From: a virus
Taxonomy: Duplodnaviria > Caudoviricetes
Length of the DNA stretch: 64,000 nucleotides
Virus record (IMG/VR): IMGVR_UViG_3300031998_000024
Span: 32,001 to 96,000 of that record
Direction: 5' to 3' (one strand)
Made by a program: the position numbers and the translations under genes. The notes beneath the pieces were generated by a model, which searched no databases, had not been told where the DNA came from, and saw nothing but the letters and a program-made list of their open reading frames with translations. Below are positions 29,367-38,421 of the stretch, piece by piece (within the stretch, counting starts at the first letter, position 1; the number at the start of each line of letters is the position of its first letter).

Positions 29367-30836
29367 ATGGTTTTATCTCAAGCACAAATTGATGATATTG
29401 TTGCTATACTTCAGCAACATCAATTAACATTTATCGCTAAACAGTTGGGTGTTAATTATCTATTAGCAACTGATAGGGCTATTCTTGTTGCTCATGGAGT
29501 TGATTTAAGTAAGTTCGCAAATTCTCAAGGAATAATAGAACAAGCGTATTTATTTGGTTTACTTTCACAAGCAATGGATGATAAACGAGCAAAGAATATG
29601 ACTTATGCTCAATTCAAGAAGTTTATCAAGTCAGGTCAGTTTGTTCCGCTTACGGATGAAGAGGAATTTGTGCTTGAGCAAGTTAAAAACCAGTCATACA
29701 ACGACATTAGTGGTTTAGGCAGTAAGATTATACAAGGCACTAAAAATATCGTTGTACGGGCAAATTTAAGAACACAGAATAATATAAGGAATATAATCAA
29801 AAACAAGGCTATTGATGCTGTGAAATTCCGTCAATCTGCTGCAAAAATGGCTTCTGAAATAGGTCATGCTACAGATGATTGGGAAAGAGATTTTTTGAGG
29901 ATTTCCTATTATGTACTTCAGAATGCTTATAATTACGGAAGGGCAAGGTCTATTTACAGAGAACATGGAGAAGATGCTGAAGTTTATTTCGATATCTTAA
30001 AGGGTGCTTGTAAACATTGTCGTGAATTGTATCTAAAAGACCCTGATGATGAAAATAGTGAGCCGATTGTTTTTAAGTTAAAGGATGTTCTTGAAAATGG
30101 AAATAATATTGGTAGAAAAGTAGCAGATTGGTTGCCAACTGTTTCTCCAATACATCCTTATTGTCGTTGTAATATACGATTCAAAGACCCGAATATGGAA
30201 TGGGATGAAGAAACCTTATCATTTACCAAACCAAGGGTCTATAAACCTAAAAATAAAAAGTTACAAGGTGTTAAGTTAGATATTAAGGTAACAAAATCTG
30301 ACGATGACGAATTAAATAAAGAGAGTTTCAAACAGCGTTTAGAAAATGCTAAATCTGAAACAAATACTGAACCAACTGAAGCAGAAATTAAGGCTGGAAA
30401 CTATAAGAAGGGTCATGTATCATTCGGAGGTTATAATTTCGTGATTGAGAATCCAAAGGGAAGTGAAAGAAGCGGAGTTGATAAGGATGGTAAGCGTTGG
30501 AGTATTACGATGAATAATACATATGGATATTTCCTTGGAATAATCGGTAAGGATAAAGACCATATTGATGCGTTTATCAACGATAATGCTGATTTAGATA
30601 ATTTCCGTGGTAAGATTTATGTTATTGACCAGGTTAATAAAGATGGTAGTTTTGATGAACATAAAATAATGTATGGATTTAATTCTATGCGTGAAGCAAA
30701 GGCTGCTTATTTATCAAATTACGAAAAAGGTTGGAAGGGATTAGGTCGTATAACAGCTGCTCCTAAGCCAGTATTTGATAGGTGGATGAAGCGAAGTAAA
30801 AGAAAACTAAAACCATTTAGTTCGTATCAAAGTTAA
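29367..30836 (+). CDS. MuF/SPP1 gp7-like head protein fused to InPase domain
   Basis: ACKHC and PIHPYCRC (MuF); PTEAEIKAGNYKKGH...IENPKGS.RSG...YGY...GKDKDHID...DEHK (InPase of polyvalent proteins). Confidence 0.85.
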   Translation: MVLSQAQIDDIVAILQQHQLTFIAKQLGVNYLLATDRAILVAHGVDLSKFANSQGIIEQAYLFGLLSQAMDDKRAKNMTYAQFKKFIKSGQFVPLTDEEEFVLEQVKNQSYNDISGLGSKIIQGTKNIVVRANLRTQNNIRNIIKNKAIDAVKFRQSAAKMASEIGHATDDWERDFLRISYYVLQNAYNYGRARSIYREHGEDAEVYFDILKGACKHCRELYLKDPDDENSEPIVFKLKDVLENGNNIGRKVADWLPTVSPIHPYCRCNIRFKDPNMEWDEETLSFTKPRVYKPKNKKLQGVKLDIKVTKSDDDELNKESFKQRLENAKSETNTEPTEAEIKAGNYKKGHVSFGGYNFVIENPKGSERSGVDKDGKRWSITMNNTYGYFLGIIGKDKDHIDAFINDNADLDNFRGKIYVIDQVNKDGSFDEHKIMYGFNSMREAKAAYLSNYEKGWKGLGRITAAPKPVFDRWMKRSKRKLKPFSSYQS

Positions 30837-30855
30837 TAATATTGCGAATTGTTAG

Positions 30856-30895
30856 ACGCGGCTACATGCTGAAAGGCGGTAGCCGCATCGTTTTT
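30856..30895 (+). terminator. intrinsic terminator
   Basis: GCGGCTAC/GTAGCCGC stem plus T-run. Confidence 0.7.
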
Positions 30896-30933
30896 ATATA
30901 CATAGTTCTTAAATTAAAGTAATTCATAAAGAC

Positions 30934-31623
30934 ATGAAGAAAAGTAATAAAGAAAAAAGTTATCTGATTATCCAGCCTCATTCTGACGATGCTTTGTTTA
31001 GCGTTGGTCATCTTGTTCTTTCAGAACATAATGTTTCAATTCTTACTGTTGAGAATAATGCTAAAAGAATAAGTGAGGATGAAAAACTTTATCAGTTTAT
31101 CGGAAAAAATTGGAATCATTTAGATGTAGATTTTGATGACCAATCTTTCTATGAGTTTTATAAACATAATAAGGATTTGAACGAAAGTAATGGACATGAT
31201 TTCATGATTTCTTATTTTGGCGAAGAAAAGATGTCTAAAATAAAGAATGCTGTAAATAAGTTTGTTGAAAAATTTGTTTCTCAAAATGAAGATAGTATTA
31301 TTTATTTGCCTTGGGGTATTGGACATCCGTTTCATCTATTTATCAGAATTTGCGTTGAAAGAAAGTTTGCGAATAAAGATGGTGTGAGATTGCGTTTTTA
31401 TCGTGATTTTCCGCATTCATATAAGCGTAGAGCGCAAGCGCAGGTCGCTGAACAACTTCATGATTTTGTATTGTATAAAAGTTATGATGTTAAGGATTTT
31501 GCCGATATTAAATGGGAATTGGCTAAAAAGTTCTATAAGAGTCAAAGTGGTTTGCTTTGGTTTGAACAAGGATATATCAAAAAGAATTTACCTGAAGAAG
31601 TGTATGTGAGAAAACCGAGTTAA
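30934..31623 (+). CDS. PIG-L/LmbE family N-deacetylase
   Basis: IIQPHSDDA, R..ED, PWGIGHPFH, YRDFPH, YKSQ motifs. Confidence 0.85.
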   Translation: MKKSNKEKSYLIIQPHSDDALFSVGHLVLSEHNVSILTVENNAKRISEDEKLYQFIGKNWNHLDVDFDDQSFYEFYKHNKDLNESNGHDFMISYFGEEKMSKIKNAVNKFVEKFVSQNEDSIIYLPWGIGHPFHLFIRICVERKFANKDGVRLRFYRDFPHSYKRRAQAQVAEQLHDFVLYKSYDVKDFADIKWELAKKFYKSQSGLLWFEQGYIKKNLPEEVYVRKPS

Positions 31624-31624
31624 T

Positions 31625-33070
31625 ATGAAAATTTTAATATCATCATTTACGATAGCAAAACAAGGTGGGATAGTTCAATATATCCATTCGATGATTCAAG
31701 CCTTTAAGGAATTGGGTCATGATATAGATATTGTTGAACTTGCTCCTAATCGTATTACAGAAAGTGCATACAAGAGTAAGTTTGAATCCATAAAGAGTGG
31801 GGAATATCAACGCAAGATAGTTCCCCATTCTCAGTCAGGAGGTTACTGCTTTGATGAATCAAGCGGTTATTTTTTCAACACTTATTACGGATATTTTTTG
31901 CCACCGAGTAATAAAATTTGCGTATTTGATTCTGATGCTGTGGAGCGTTGGTATAAACTTGTTTCAGATGTAGATATTATTCTTTGGAATTTTATGCCAA
32001 CTAAAACCCGTGAATGGCAAAAGAAGGGTACAAAATTTGATTATTGGTGGAAGTTTTTTGATTTACCTAAATCTGTTAAGCAGGTTTTTCTTACTCACGA
32101 TGCTTATTTTAATATAAGAGCAAGTAATGTAACTGCATTGAAAAAGAAAATTTTGTTTCTTGGTTGCGCTCATTTAGCCGCTTATCAATGTTGTTCTGAA
32201 ATTGGTATAAGAAGAACATTGTTGTTGAATCCAAGATATATAGAGAAAAACGCAAGTATGCCTGTTGTTTCTTTTAATGACAGAAAAACAGATTTCTTTG
32301 CTGCTCATATGTTTAAGCCTATGAAACATATGGAAGAGTTAATTGCCGCTATTCCGTATGTTAATAAGGGTGATGAAACTTATTCTTGTATGGTTGCTGG
32401 AACTGGCATAGAGTATTCTTACATGACCAGTGAAGATAAAATAAAACCATGTTATTTATGCAGTAAGAAGCGTGACCCTAATTTACCAGATAAACTTGAT
32501 GGTAAAATTAGTTTATGGAATAGAGCCTTAACATTTGGTATGGATTATAGAGGTCAAATGAGCGGTGACGATGTTTATAAACAATTATTGAATACTAAAT
32601 TTGCTATTGACCCATCTTGGGCAACTCACTATGCTCAATATTGTCGTACTCATATAAACGGCTTTATCATTGAGGCTATGATGTTAGGTGCTTATCCTGT
32701 GTTAAGGGATTACAGAGGATTAGATAAAGCAAATAGCAATGTTTATGACCCATTGTTTGAGAGTATTAATGCTGTAATAATTCCGTGGGATGCTACACCT
32801 AAACAATTTGCTAAAATTTTGAAATCCGCTATTGCTGATATGACACCAAAGCGTTTTTTGAGAGAAACGAAAGAAAATTTCCAAATAGTAAACGAATTAT
32901 TTAATGCTCGTAAAAATGCCGAAGAAATAATTAGATTATGTCGCGGAGGTAAACGATTAGTCAAGGCAGAATTGGAAAAAGGTGTTGATTCAGATAATGT
33001 GAAGAAAATATCCGAAGATATTATGACAAATTTCTTTGGAATTGAATTACCAATCAAATGGCAGAATTAG
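31625..33070 (+). CDS. GT-B fold glycosyltransferase
   Basis: MKILI...GGIVQY...LGHDIDIV; THD; FKPMKH; FAIDPS...IIEAMMLGAYPV. Confidence 0.8.
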   Translation: MKILISSFTIAKQGGIVQYIHSMIQAFKELGHDIDIVELAPNRITESAYKSKFESIKSGEYQRKIVPHSQSGGYCFDESSGYFFNTYYGYFLPPSNKICVFDSDAVERWYKLVSDVDIILWNFMPTKTREWQKKGTKFDYWWKFFDLPKSVKQVFLTHDAYFNIRASNVTALKKKILFLGCAHLAAYQCCSEIGIRRTLLLNPRYIEKNASMPVVSFNDRKTDFFAAHMFKPMKHMEELIAAIPYVNKGDETYSCMVAGTGIEYSYMTSEDKIKPCYLCSKKRDPNLPDKLDGKISLWNRALTFGMDYRGQMSGDDVYKQLLNTKFAIDPSWATHYAQYCRTHINGFIIEAMMLGAYPVLRDYRGLDKANSNVYDPLFESINAVIIPWDATPKQFAKILKSAIADMTPKRFLRETKENFQIVNELFNARKNAEEIIRLCRGGKRLVKAELEKGVDSDNVKKISEDIMTNFFGIELPIKWQN

Positions 33071-33129
33071 AATACCATTAACAACTATAATACTATCCAT
33101 ATAGTGTTATAATTCTAATTCTTAATAAT

Positions 33130-35409
33130 ATGACAAAAACAACCAAACAAGTAAAAGTTGGTGATGTTAAGACCGTAAACGATGTGGAATACATTTGTAA
33201 GGGTTTTACATCTAATGGTAAACCAATGTGGCGTAAGAATGAAATTGAAAAGGCTCATAATGTTGGTGATGCACACCCGTCAAAACCTTGGGTGTGGACA
33301 GAATATAAGCCTGGAAAATTTGATTGGCGCCCTGTGAAGAAAAAAGATGGTGATGCCGGCAAGACTGGTGGAGCCGCTACATCTACTCAACAGCAACAAC
33401 CTAAATCGCAAAATCAAGGACAAACTCAACCTTCTACTGACGGTGCTAAGAAGAGTGGAAAACAAACCGCTCAACAGCAACAGCCTAAGAAAATTGATAA
33501 GAAGGTTGAAGATATGACACCCGATGAATTAGCTGAATACGCTAAGGATGCTTCAACTGAGGCTTTGGCTAAGGTTGTTAATGACAAAAACCAAGACAAG
33601 GGATTTCGTCAATTAGCGTTCAATGAATTGAAAAAGCGTGATGATTATGACCCTGAGTCGGTTTTTAGTGAAGATTTGGAAGATGGATTTTTCCCGATTC
33701 GTAAACCCACTATTGAATACAAGAAAAAGAAGCCTGAAATTCCAGTAAATAGTTATCAGATTAAGGATTATGAAACTCAAAGCAATACTGGAAGAATTAA
33801 GGTAGGTATCAATAAAACTCGTGCTAATTACAGAAATCGTACTGATGACCAAATACTTGGTACTTTGAATGATGTTCGTGCCAGGTATCAACTTCGTCAA
33901 CTTGCTTATGAAGAAGCAATGGCGCGTGGTATTCCTGAAGATAAAATTAATGTTCGTGGTACACTTGAATCTTTTTGGAAGGATGTTGCTTATGAAAAGC
34001 AAATGCAGGATGCTAAGTCAAAGCCTCTGAATCCTGAAGAGGGTGCTGAATTGGTGTACGATTGGAAGGGATTGGACCATGAAGCAATTATGCACGATGA
34101 ATTTGATGATGGTGAAGACCCGATATGGCTTGACGACAATTCAGACAAGGTTAAGAGAATATTTCATACCGATACTTTGTCAGGTCGTCAACGCTATGAT
34201 ACATTTAAGGATTATTATCAAAGAAATCCTGACCTTGTTCCGTATTACCTTAATGCTACTCAAAAAGTTGATATGCTTAATGGCGATATGTATGAGTGGG
34301 CAAAGAGCGATGTTTCACCCTTATTCGTATCAGCTGGTGGAGCAGGTGCTGGTAAGACCTATGGTTGGAAAGAGATTGTTGCTAAGCATTTGAATCTACC
34401 TGAATTAAAACCTGGTCAAGACCCGTCTAACGGAGATTGGGGTTATGTAATGCTTTCAAACGAGCAGGCTGAAGATAAGGAGAAATTCACAAGAACGCTT
34501 GCTAAATATAACGGAACATATATTGATTCCAATGGTAATGAGAAACCTCATATCTTAGTTTTCGATGATTCCGATAAATTGCTTATCACTAAATCAAAGG
34601 ATTTGATTGCGTTGATGAAGAAAATCAACGATGGTGAACCAAGCAATCGAATATTTACCAATCCCGATACTGGTCAACAGGAAGTTTGGAGAGGTAAGAT
34701 TATAATCATGACTAATAAGGATTCTGGTAAGTTGCAAGCAGGTAATGAAGATGTTACCGCAATCTTCAGTCGTGGTACTGTTAGCGATATTCGTTTCACC
34801 CGTAATGAAACAATGGAATTACTTGCTAACAGATATATGACTATGGCGTTACCTAAGTGTCAGAATACATTTGAAGAACAGAATTTCACCGATGAAGAGA
34901 TTGAAGATTTCCGTCAGGATATTTACAATTATATGTCTAAACATATTGGTGATGCTGACCCTGCTAAATTCACTCCAAGAGCGTTCTTGAATATTGCAGA
35001 ACATGTTGCTCCAAGATGGAAGGGTTCAAAGGTGATTAGAACTGGTAAGGGTAACATAGGTGTAGATTTGCCGTGGCAAGTAACTGCTCTCAGTATCATT
35101 AAAGCCGAAAACAACGATATTGAAAAGGCTAATGAGGATAGCGAGTTTTCAAACGAAAACATGAAGAAAACAAAAGAGCGTGTTTTGAAGCGTATAGAGC
35201 AAGCCAAGAAGGATGGTTCGTATGAAGCACTTTATGGTATGGAGGCTCAAAATGCTATGTTGTTTGGTGACCCGCGTACTGAAGAAGAAAAGAAAAAGGA
35301 TGAGAAAAAAGAAGCAAAGCAAGACAAGAAAAATAAGAAGGAGGAAACCAAGAAGGGGTTTGATGATGAAATGAGTCTTGCTGAAGCTGAATCGCTTTTA
35401 TTTGGTTAA
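33130..35409 (+). CDS. tagged putative head protein with AAA+ ATPase domain
   Basis: Walker A GGAGAGKT, Walker B ILVFDDSD, sensor-1 IIIMTN, Arg finger AIFSR; N-terminal tag shared with 28192. Confidence 0.75.
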   Translation: MTKTTKQVKVGDVKTVNDVEYICKGFTSNGKPMWRKNEIEKAHNVGDAHPSKPWVWTEYKPGKFDWRPVKKKDGDAGKTGGAATSTQQQQPKSQNQGQTQPSTDGAKKSGKQTAQQQQPKKIDKKVEDMTPDELAEYAKDASTEALAKVVNDKNQDKGFRQLAFNELKKRDDYDPESVFSEDLEDGFFPIRKPTIEYKKKKPEIPVNSYQIKDYETQSNTGRIKVGINKTRANYRNRTDDQILGTLNDVRARYQLRQLAYEEAMARGIPEDKINVRGTLESFWKDVAYEKQMQDAKSKPLNPEEGAELVYDWKGLDHEAIMHDEFDDGEDPIWLDDNSDKVKRIFHTDTLSGRQRYDTFKDYYQRNPDLVPYYLNATQKVDMLNGDMYEWAKSDVSPLFVSAGGAGAGKTYGWKEIVAKHLNLPELKPGQDPSNGDWGYVMLSNEQAEDKEKFTRTLAKYNGTYIDSNGNEKPHILVFDDSDKLLITKSKDLIALMKKINDGEPSNRIFTNPDTGQQEVWRGKIIIMTNKDSGKLQAGNEDVTAIFSRGTVSDIRFTRNETMELLANRYMTMALPKCQNTFEEQNFTDEEIEDFRQDIYNYMSKHIGDADPAKFTPRAFLNIAEHVAPRWKGSKVIRTGKGNIGVDLPWQVTALSIIKAENNDIEKANEDSEFSNENMKKTKERVLKRIEQAKKDGSYEALYGMEAQNAMLFGDPRTEEEKKKDEKKEAKQDKKNKKEETKKGFDDEMSLAEAESLLFG

Positions 35410-35430
35410 TAATTTCAAAAGCCTGAAATT

Positions 35431-37935
35431 ATGAAAAAGAGCAGAAAGGCTTTGGAGACAATTGCCCTTGGATATTCTGAGGGCATTGTCTCTGTTGATA
35501 TTTTGATTAAGGCTTGTAATCATTATAAGTTACAAGAGAATCTTGTTGGTAATTTTGAATATGATAAGAAAGTATCAAAGTCTTTATTTGACCAACTTAA
35601 TGGTGTTAAACCTAATAAAGAATTATTGAAAGCAATAGTTCCTGGTCAAACTAAATATGTTGATGGCGTTCTTTATATTTATTCCGCAACCAAACAAGGT
35701 AGTAAAACCGATTACGGATGGCATGTCGCTCAAAAGTCTAAGGTCGGTAAGGGTTCAACGCTTGATGATAAGGCTGCTAAGGCTGCTGAGAGTGCGGTTA
35801 ATGAATTATTCCCAGTAGATATAGCGAGTGTTACTGAAGTTAAGCGTTTAGGCGGTTCAACAGGTGCTAAACTCGTTAAGGATGTTAAGGGTAATGAATA
35901 TGTAATGAAGCGTGTTGATAAGTCTATAAATCCGAAGGGAAATGCTGAGCATATCCGTTCAGAGTATGTGGCCAATATGCTTTATAACATCTTAGGTCAA
36001 CGCACTCCTGATTATGAACTTTATGATGCTGATACCGATGACCCGAAACTTTTAAGCAGATTTATTCCAGGAACAAGACAGCCTAATAGTAGAGATTTTG
36101 CTAAAATGTCTGAAGGCTTTATAGCAGACATTCTTTTGGCTAACTGGGATGTTTATATGAACGACAATTGCTTAATTGATGCTGGTGGTAATGTAATTAG
36201 GGTTGATAATGGCGGTTGTTTAGCGTTTCGTGCTAAGGGTGAATTAAAGTCGCCTCCGTTTGATGGTGATGTGAATCGTACATACCGAGATATGTTGAAC
36301 TACAACAGTTTGTTAGCAAAATATCTTGTTGACGAAAATGTTGTTCAACAGATTGATAACGCTTTGGCTAAGCGTGATGATATTGTTAATTTCTTGAAAG
36401 AATCGGGGGATGATAATTTAGCAAACATCTTTGGACAGAGAATAGATGGATTGAAAACTATTCGTGACCAAATCAATGCTAATATTGCTCGTAAGGCTGC
36501 CTTGGCCGCTGCTAAAGCAGGTAAGATACCTCCGAGAAAACTCATGCCTAAGCAAGAAATGTATCGTGCCTTAGAGGATGATGAGTTAGAGGATGTTTTC
36601 AATGAAGTTGCTCAGATGTGCGGTGGTCAAAAAGATAGAGCGTTGACTAATACAGATTCAACATTCGGTTGGTCTATATTATCACGGATTTGTCAATTAC
36701 GCGGATTTGATGCGAGACCAAAAGTTGTAACAGAAGCGGATTTTTGGAAAGAGGCTGCTAAGGCTGATTTGCCATTAATGTTAAGAGGTAATGCTTCAGG
36801 TGGCGGTAAAACCGCTGGTGAGTATGCTGATATGTTCCGTTATGACGATGTTTGTTTTTATGGAAAGGCAGGAATTTGGGGACAGGGTATTTATGCCCAT
36901 ACGGATGATAAAAACGACAAATGGATTAGGTATCAATCTAAGGCTGATGACTATGACCGCAAAGATGATGTGAATTTACATTCAACGCAAACTAACTATA
37001 AATCAACTCAAGGATATATTGATGCATTTTCTTATGCTGGTAGTAGCGATGAAGGTGTCTTGAAGATACTTTGGGAAAAGGGAGCGAATGTTGTAAATAT
37101 TGAAGACCTTATAAACGAAATTAAGGCTACACCTCCTCAATTGAAGGATAAAAAATTGTTTGCTACAATTCAATCTTTACAAAAACAGTTGAATACTGTT
37201 AAGAGTGAATGGACAAACGCAAAACTTGCTCTTCAGAATATATCTAAAACTATTCAAGATACAGTGCGTAAGAAAATGCACTATGATGAAGATGCTATTG
37301 CTGAGATGTATGACACAATCGATAATACCGATTGGGGAAATCGTAATGCTCAAGGTAAATTTGATTATCCTTCTTATGATGACTTTGTAGTTGGTAAGAT
37401 GGTTGAGTGGGTTACTAAGAATGGCGGTAAGGCTAAGATTGATAAGGATTTTGTTGTATTTGAAATCAATGGTCAAAGAGAATCAATAGCAAGAGAATCT
37501 TGGGAAAATAACGCTATACGAAGAAAAAGTGCTATCACTTCACCATATCATTATCAAGCAGAATTATTTAAGACCTTTATGGAAACAAACTGTATAGGTA
37601 AAGTTCAAAAGGCTATTGATTTTGCTTTGAGACATTCGACTGATGCTACTGCTAAGGCTCAGGCTGAAGCTGATACCAAAGAAAAGGAATATTACAAGAT
37701 TGACGCTGATTTGAAGCAAGCGATGCAGAACAGTGTTAGTGATTCCTTGTATTCATATATTTATAGCAAAGTTAAAGGATTAGGATTGCGTGATAGCGGC
37801 GACAATATGTCAGTCGTTGGTATTTATGCTGCTATGAAGGGATATGATGGTATCTATATTCACAACGGCAATGATTGGAATCATGGCTTTAATGTGATAT
37901 TGAACAGAAGTAAGGTAATAACATCAATGGAGTAA
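35431..37935 (+). CDS. putative head protein: HipA/PI3K-like kinase + ADP-ribosyltransferase-like domain
   Basis: LGGSTGAKL..YVMK, EYVAN.LY, LANWDV..DN, RVDNG (kinase); LMLRG, GIWGQGIY, GYDGI...VILNRS (ART-like). Confidence 0.65.
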   Translation: MKKSRKALETIALGYSEGIVSVDILIKACNHYKLQENLVGNFEYDKKVSKSLFDQLNGVKPNKELLKAIVPGQTKYVDGVLYIYSATKQGSKTDYGWHVAQKSKVGKGSTLDDKAAKAAESAVNELFPVDIASVTEVKRLGGSTGAKLVKDVKGNEYVMKRVDKSINPKGNAEHIRSEYVANMLYNILGQRTPDYELYDADTDDPKLLSRFIPGTRQPNSRDFAKMSEGFIADILLANWDVYMNDNCLIDAGGNVIRVDNGGCLAFRAKGELKSPPFDGDVNRTYRDMLNYNSLLAKYLVDENVVQQIDNALAKRDDIVNFLKESGDDNLANIFGQRIDGLKTIRDQINANIARKAALAAAKAGKIPPRKLMPKQEMYRALEDDELEDVFNEVAQMCGGQKDRALTNTDSTFGWSILSRICQLRGFDARPKVVTEADFWKEAAKADLPLMLRGNASGGGKTAGEYADMFRYDDVCFYGKAGIWGQGIYAHTDDKNDKWIRYQSKADDYDRKDDVNLHSTQTNYKSTQGYIDAFSYAGSSDEGVLKILWEKGANVVNIEDLINEIKATPPQLKDKKLFATIQSLQKQLNTVKSEWTNAKLALQNISKTIQDTVRKKMHYDEDAIAEMYDTIDNTDWGNRNAQGKFDYPSYDDFVVGKMVEWVTKNGGKAKIDKDFVVFEINGQRESIARESWENNAIRRKSAITSPYHYQAELFKTFMETNCIGKVQKAIDFALRHSTDATAKAQAEADTKEKEYYKIDADLKQAMQNSVSDSLYSYIYSKVKGLGLRDSGDNMSVVGIYAAMKGYDGIYIHNGNDWNHGFNVILNRSKVITSME

Positions 37936-37940
37936 GAATC

Positions 37941-38321
37941 ATGGAAGGCAAGATAAATTTATTTGATGTTCTGAATAATACAATGACTTATATCAGAGCA
38001 AAAAATCCGAGTAATTTGTTGCCATTTAAGGGTGATTTACCTATAATCAAACCTTGGCAAGAGGATTTGTTTAGAGAGGGTACAAACGGAAAACATTGGC
38101 TTGAAGAATGCGATGATTGGATTCAAAGAGTCTTAATCAAGGCTCAGCGTATTGCTGACATTGATAACGGATTTCGTGAGTATCTTTATAACAACGGTAT
38201 TCATCATGAGTATTTCAAAATGAATGGTGAGAAAAAGGTCGTTGAGATAAAAAGATTTCTTGACTCTAATAGTCTTACTATTGATGATTTGATAATTACT
38301 AATGATGATGCAATGGAGTAA
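37941..38321 (+). CDS. hypothetical protein
   Basis: ORF only. Confidence 0.55.
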   Translation: MEGKINLFDVLNNTMTYIRAKNPSNLLPFKGDLPIIKPWQEDLFREGTNGKHWLEECDDWIQRVLIKAQRIADIDNGFREYLYNNGIHHEYFKMNGEKKVVEIKRFLDSNSLTIDDLIITNDDAME

Positions 38322-38347
38322 GTGTTATTCATAATACATTTGTTTTT

Positions 38348-38378
38348 CAGGCTGGGGTGTAAATTCCAGCCTGTTTTT
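38348..38378 (+). terminator. intrinsic terminator
   Basis: CAGGCTGG/CCAGCCTG stem plus T5. Confidence 0.8.
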
Positions 38379-38421
38379 ATTTTATCAGGGTTAATACTTT
38401 AAGCATTAAATCATTATAATT

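Noticed and set aside
36787-36813. GNASGGGKT as a Walker A motif
   Set aside because: Spacing does not fit GxxxxGKT and no Walker B follows; it lies in the ART-like region.
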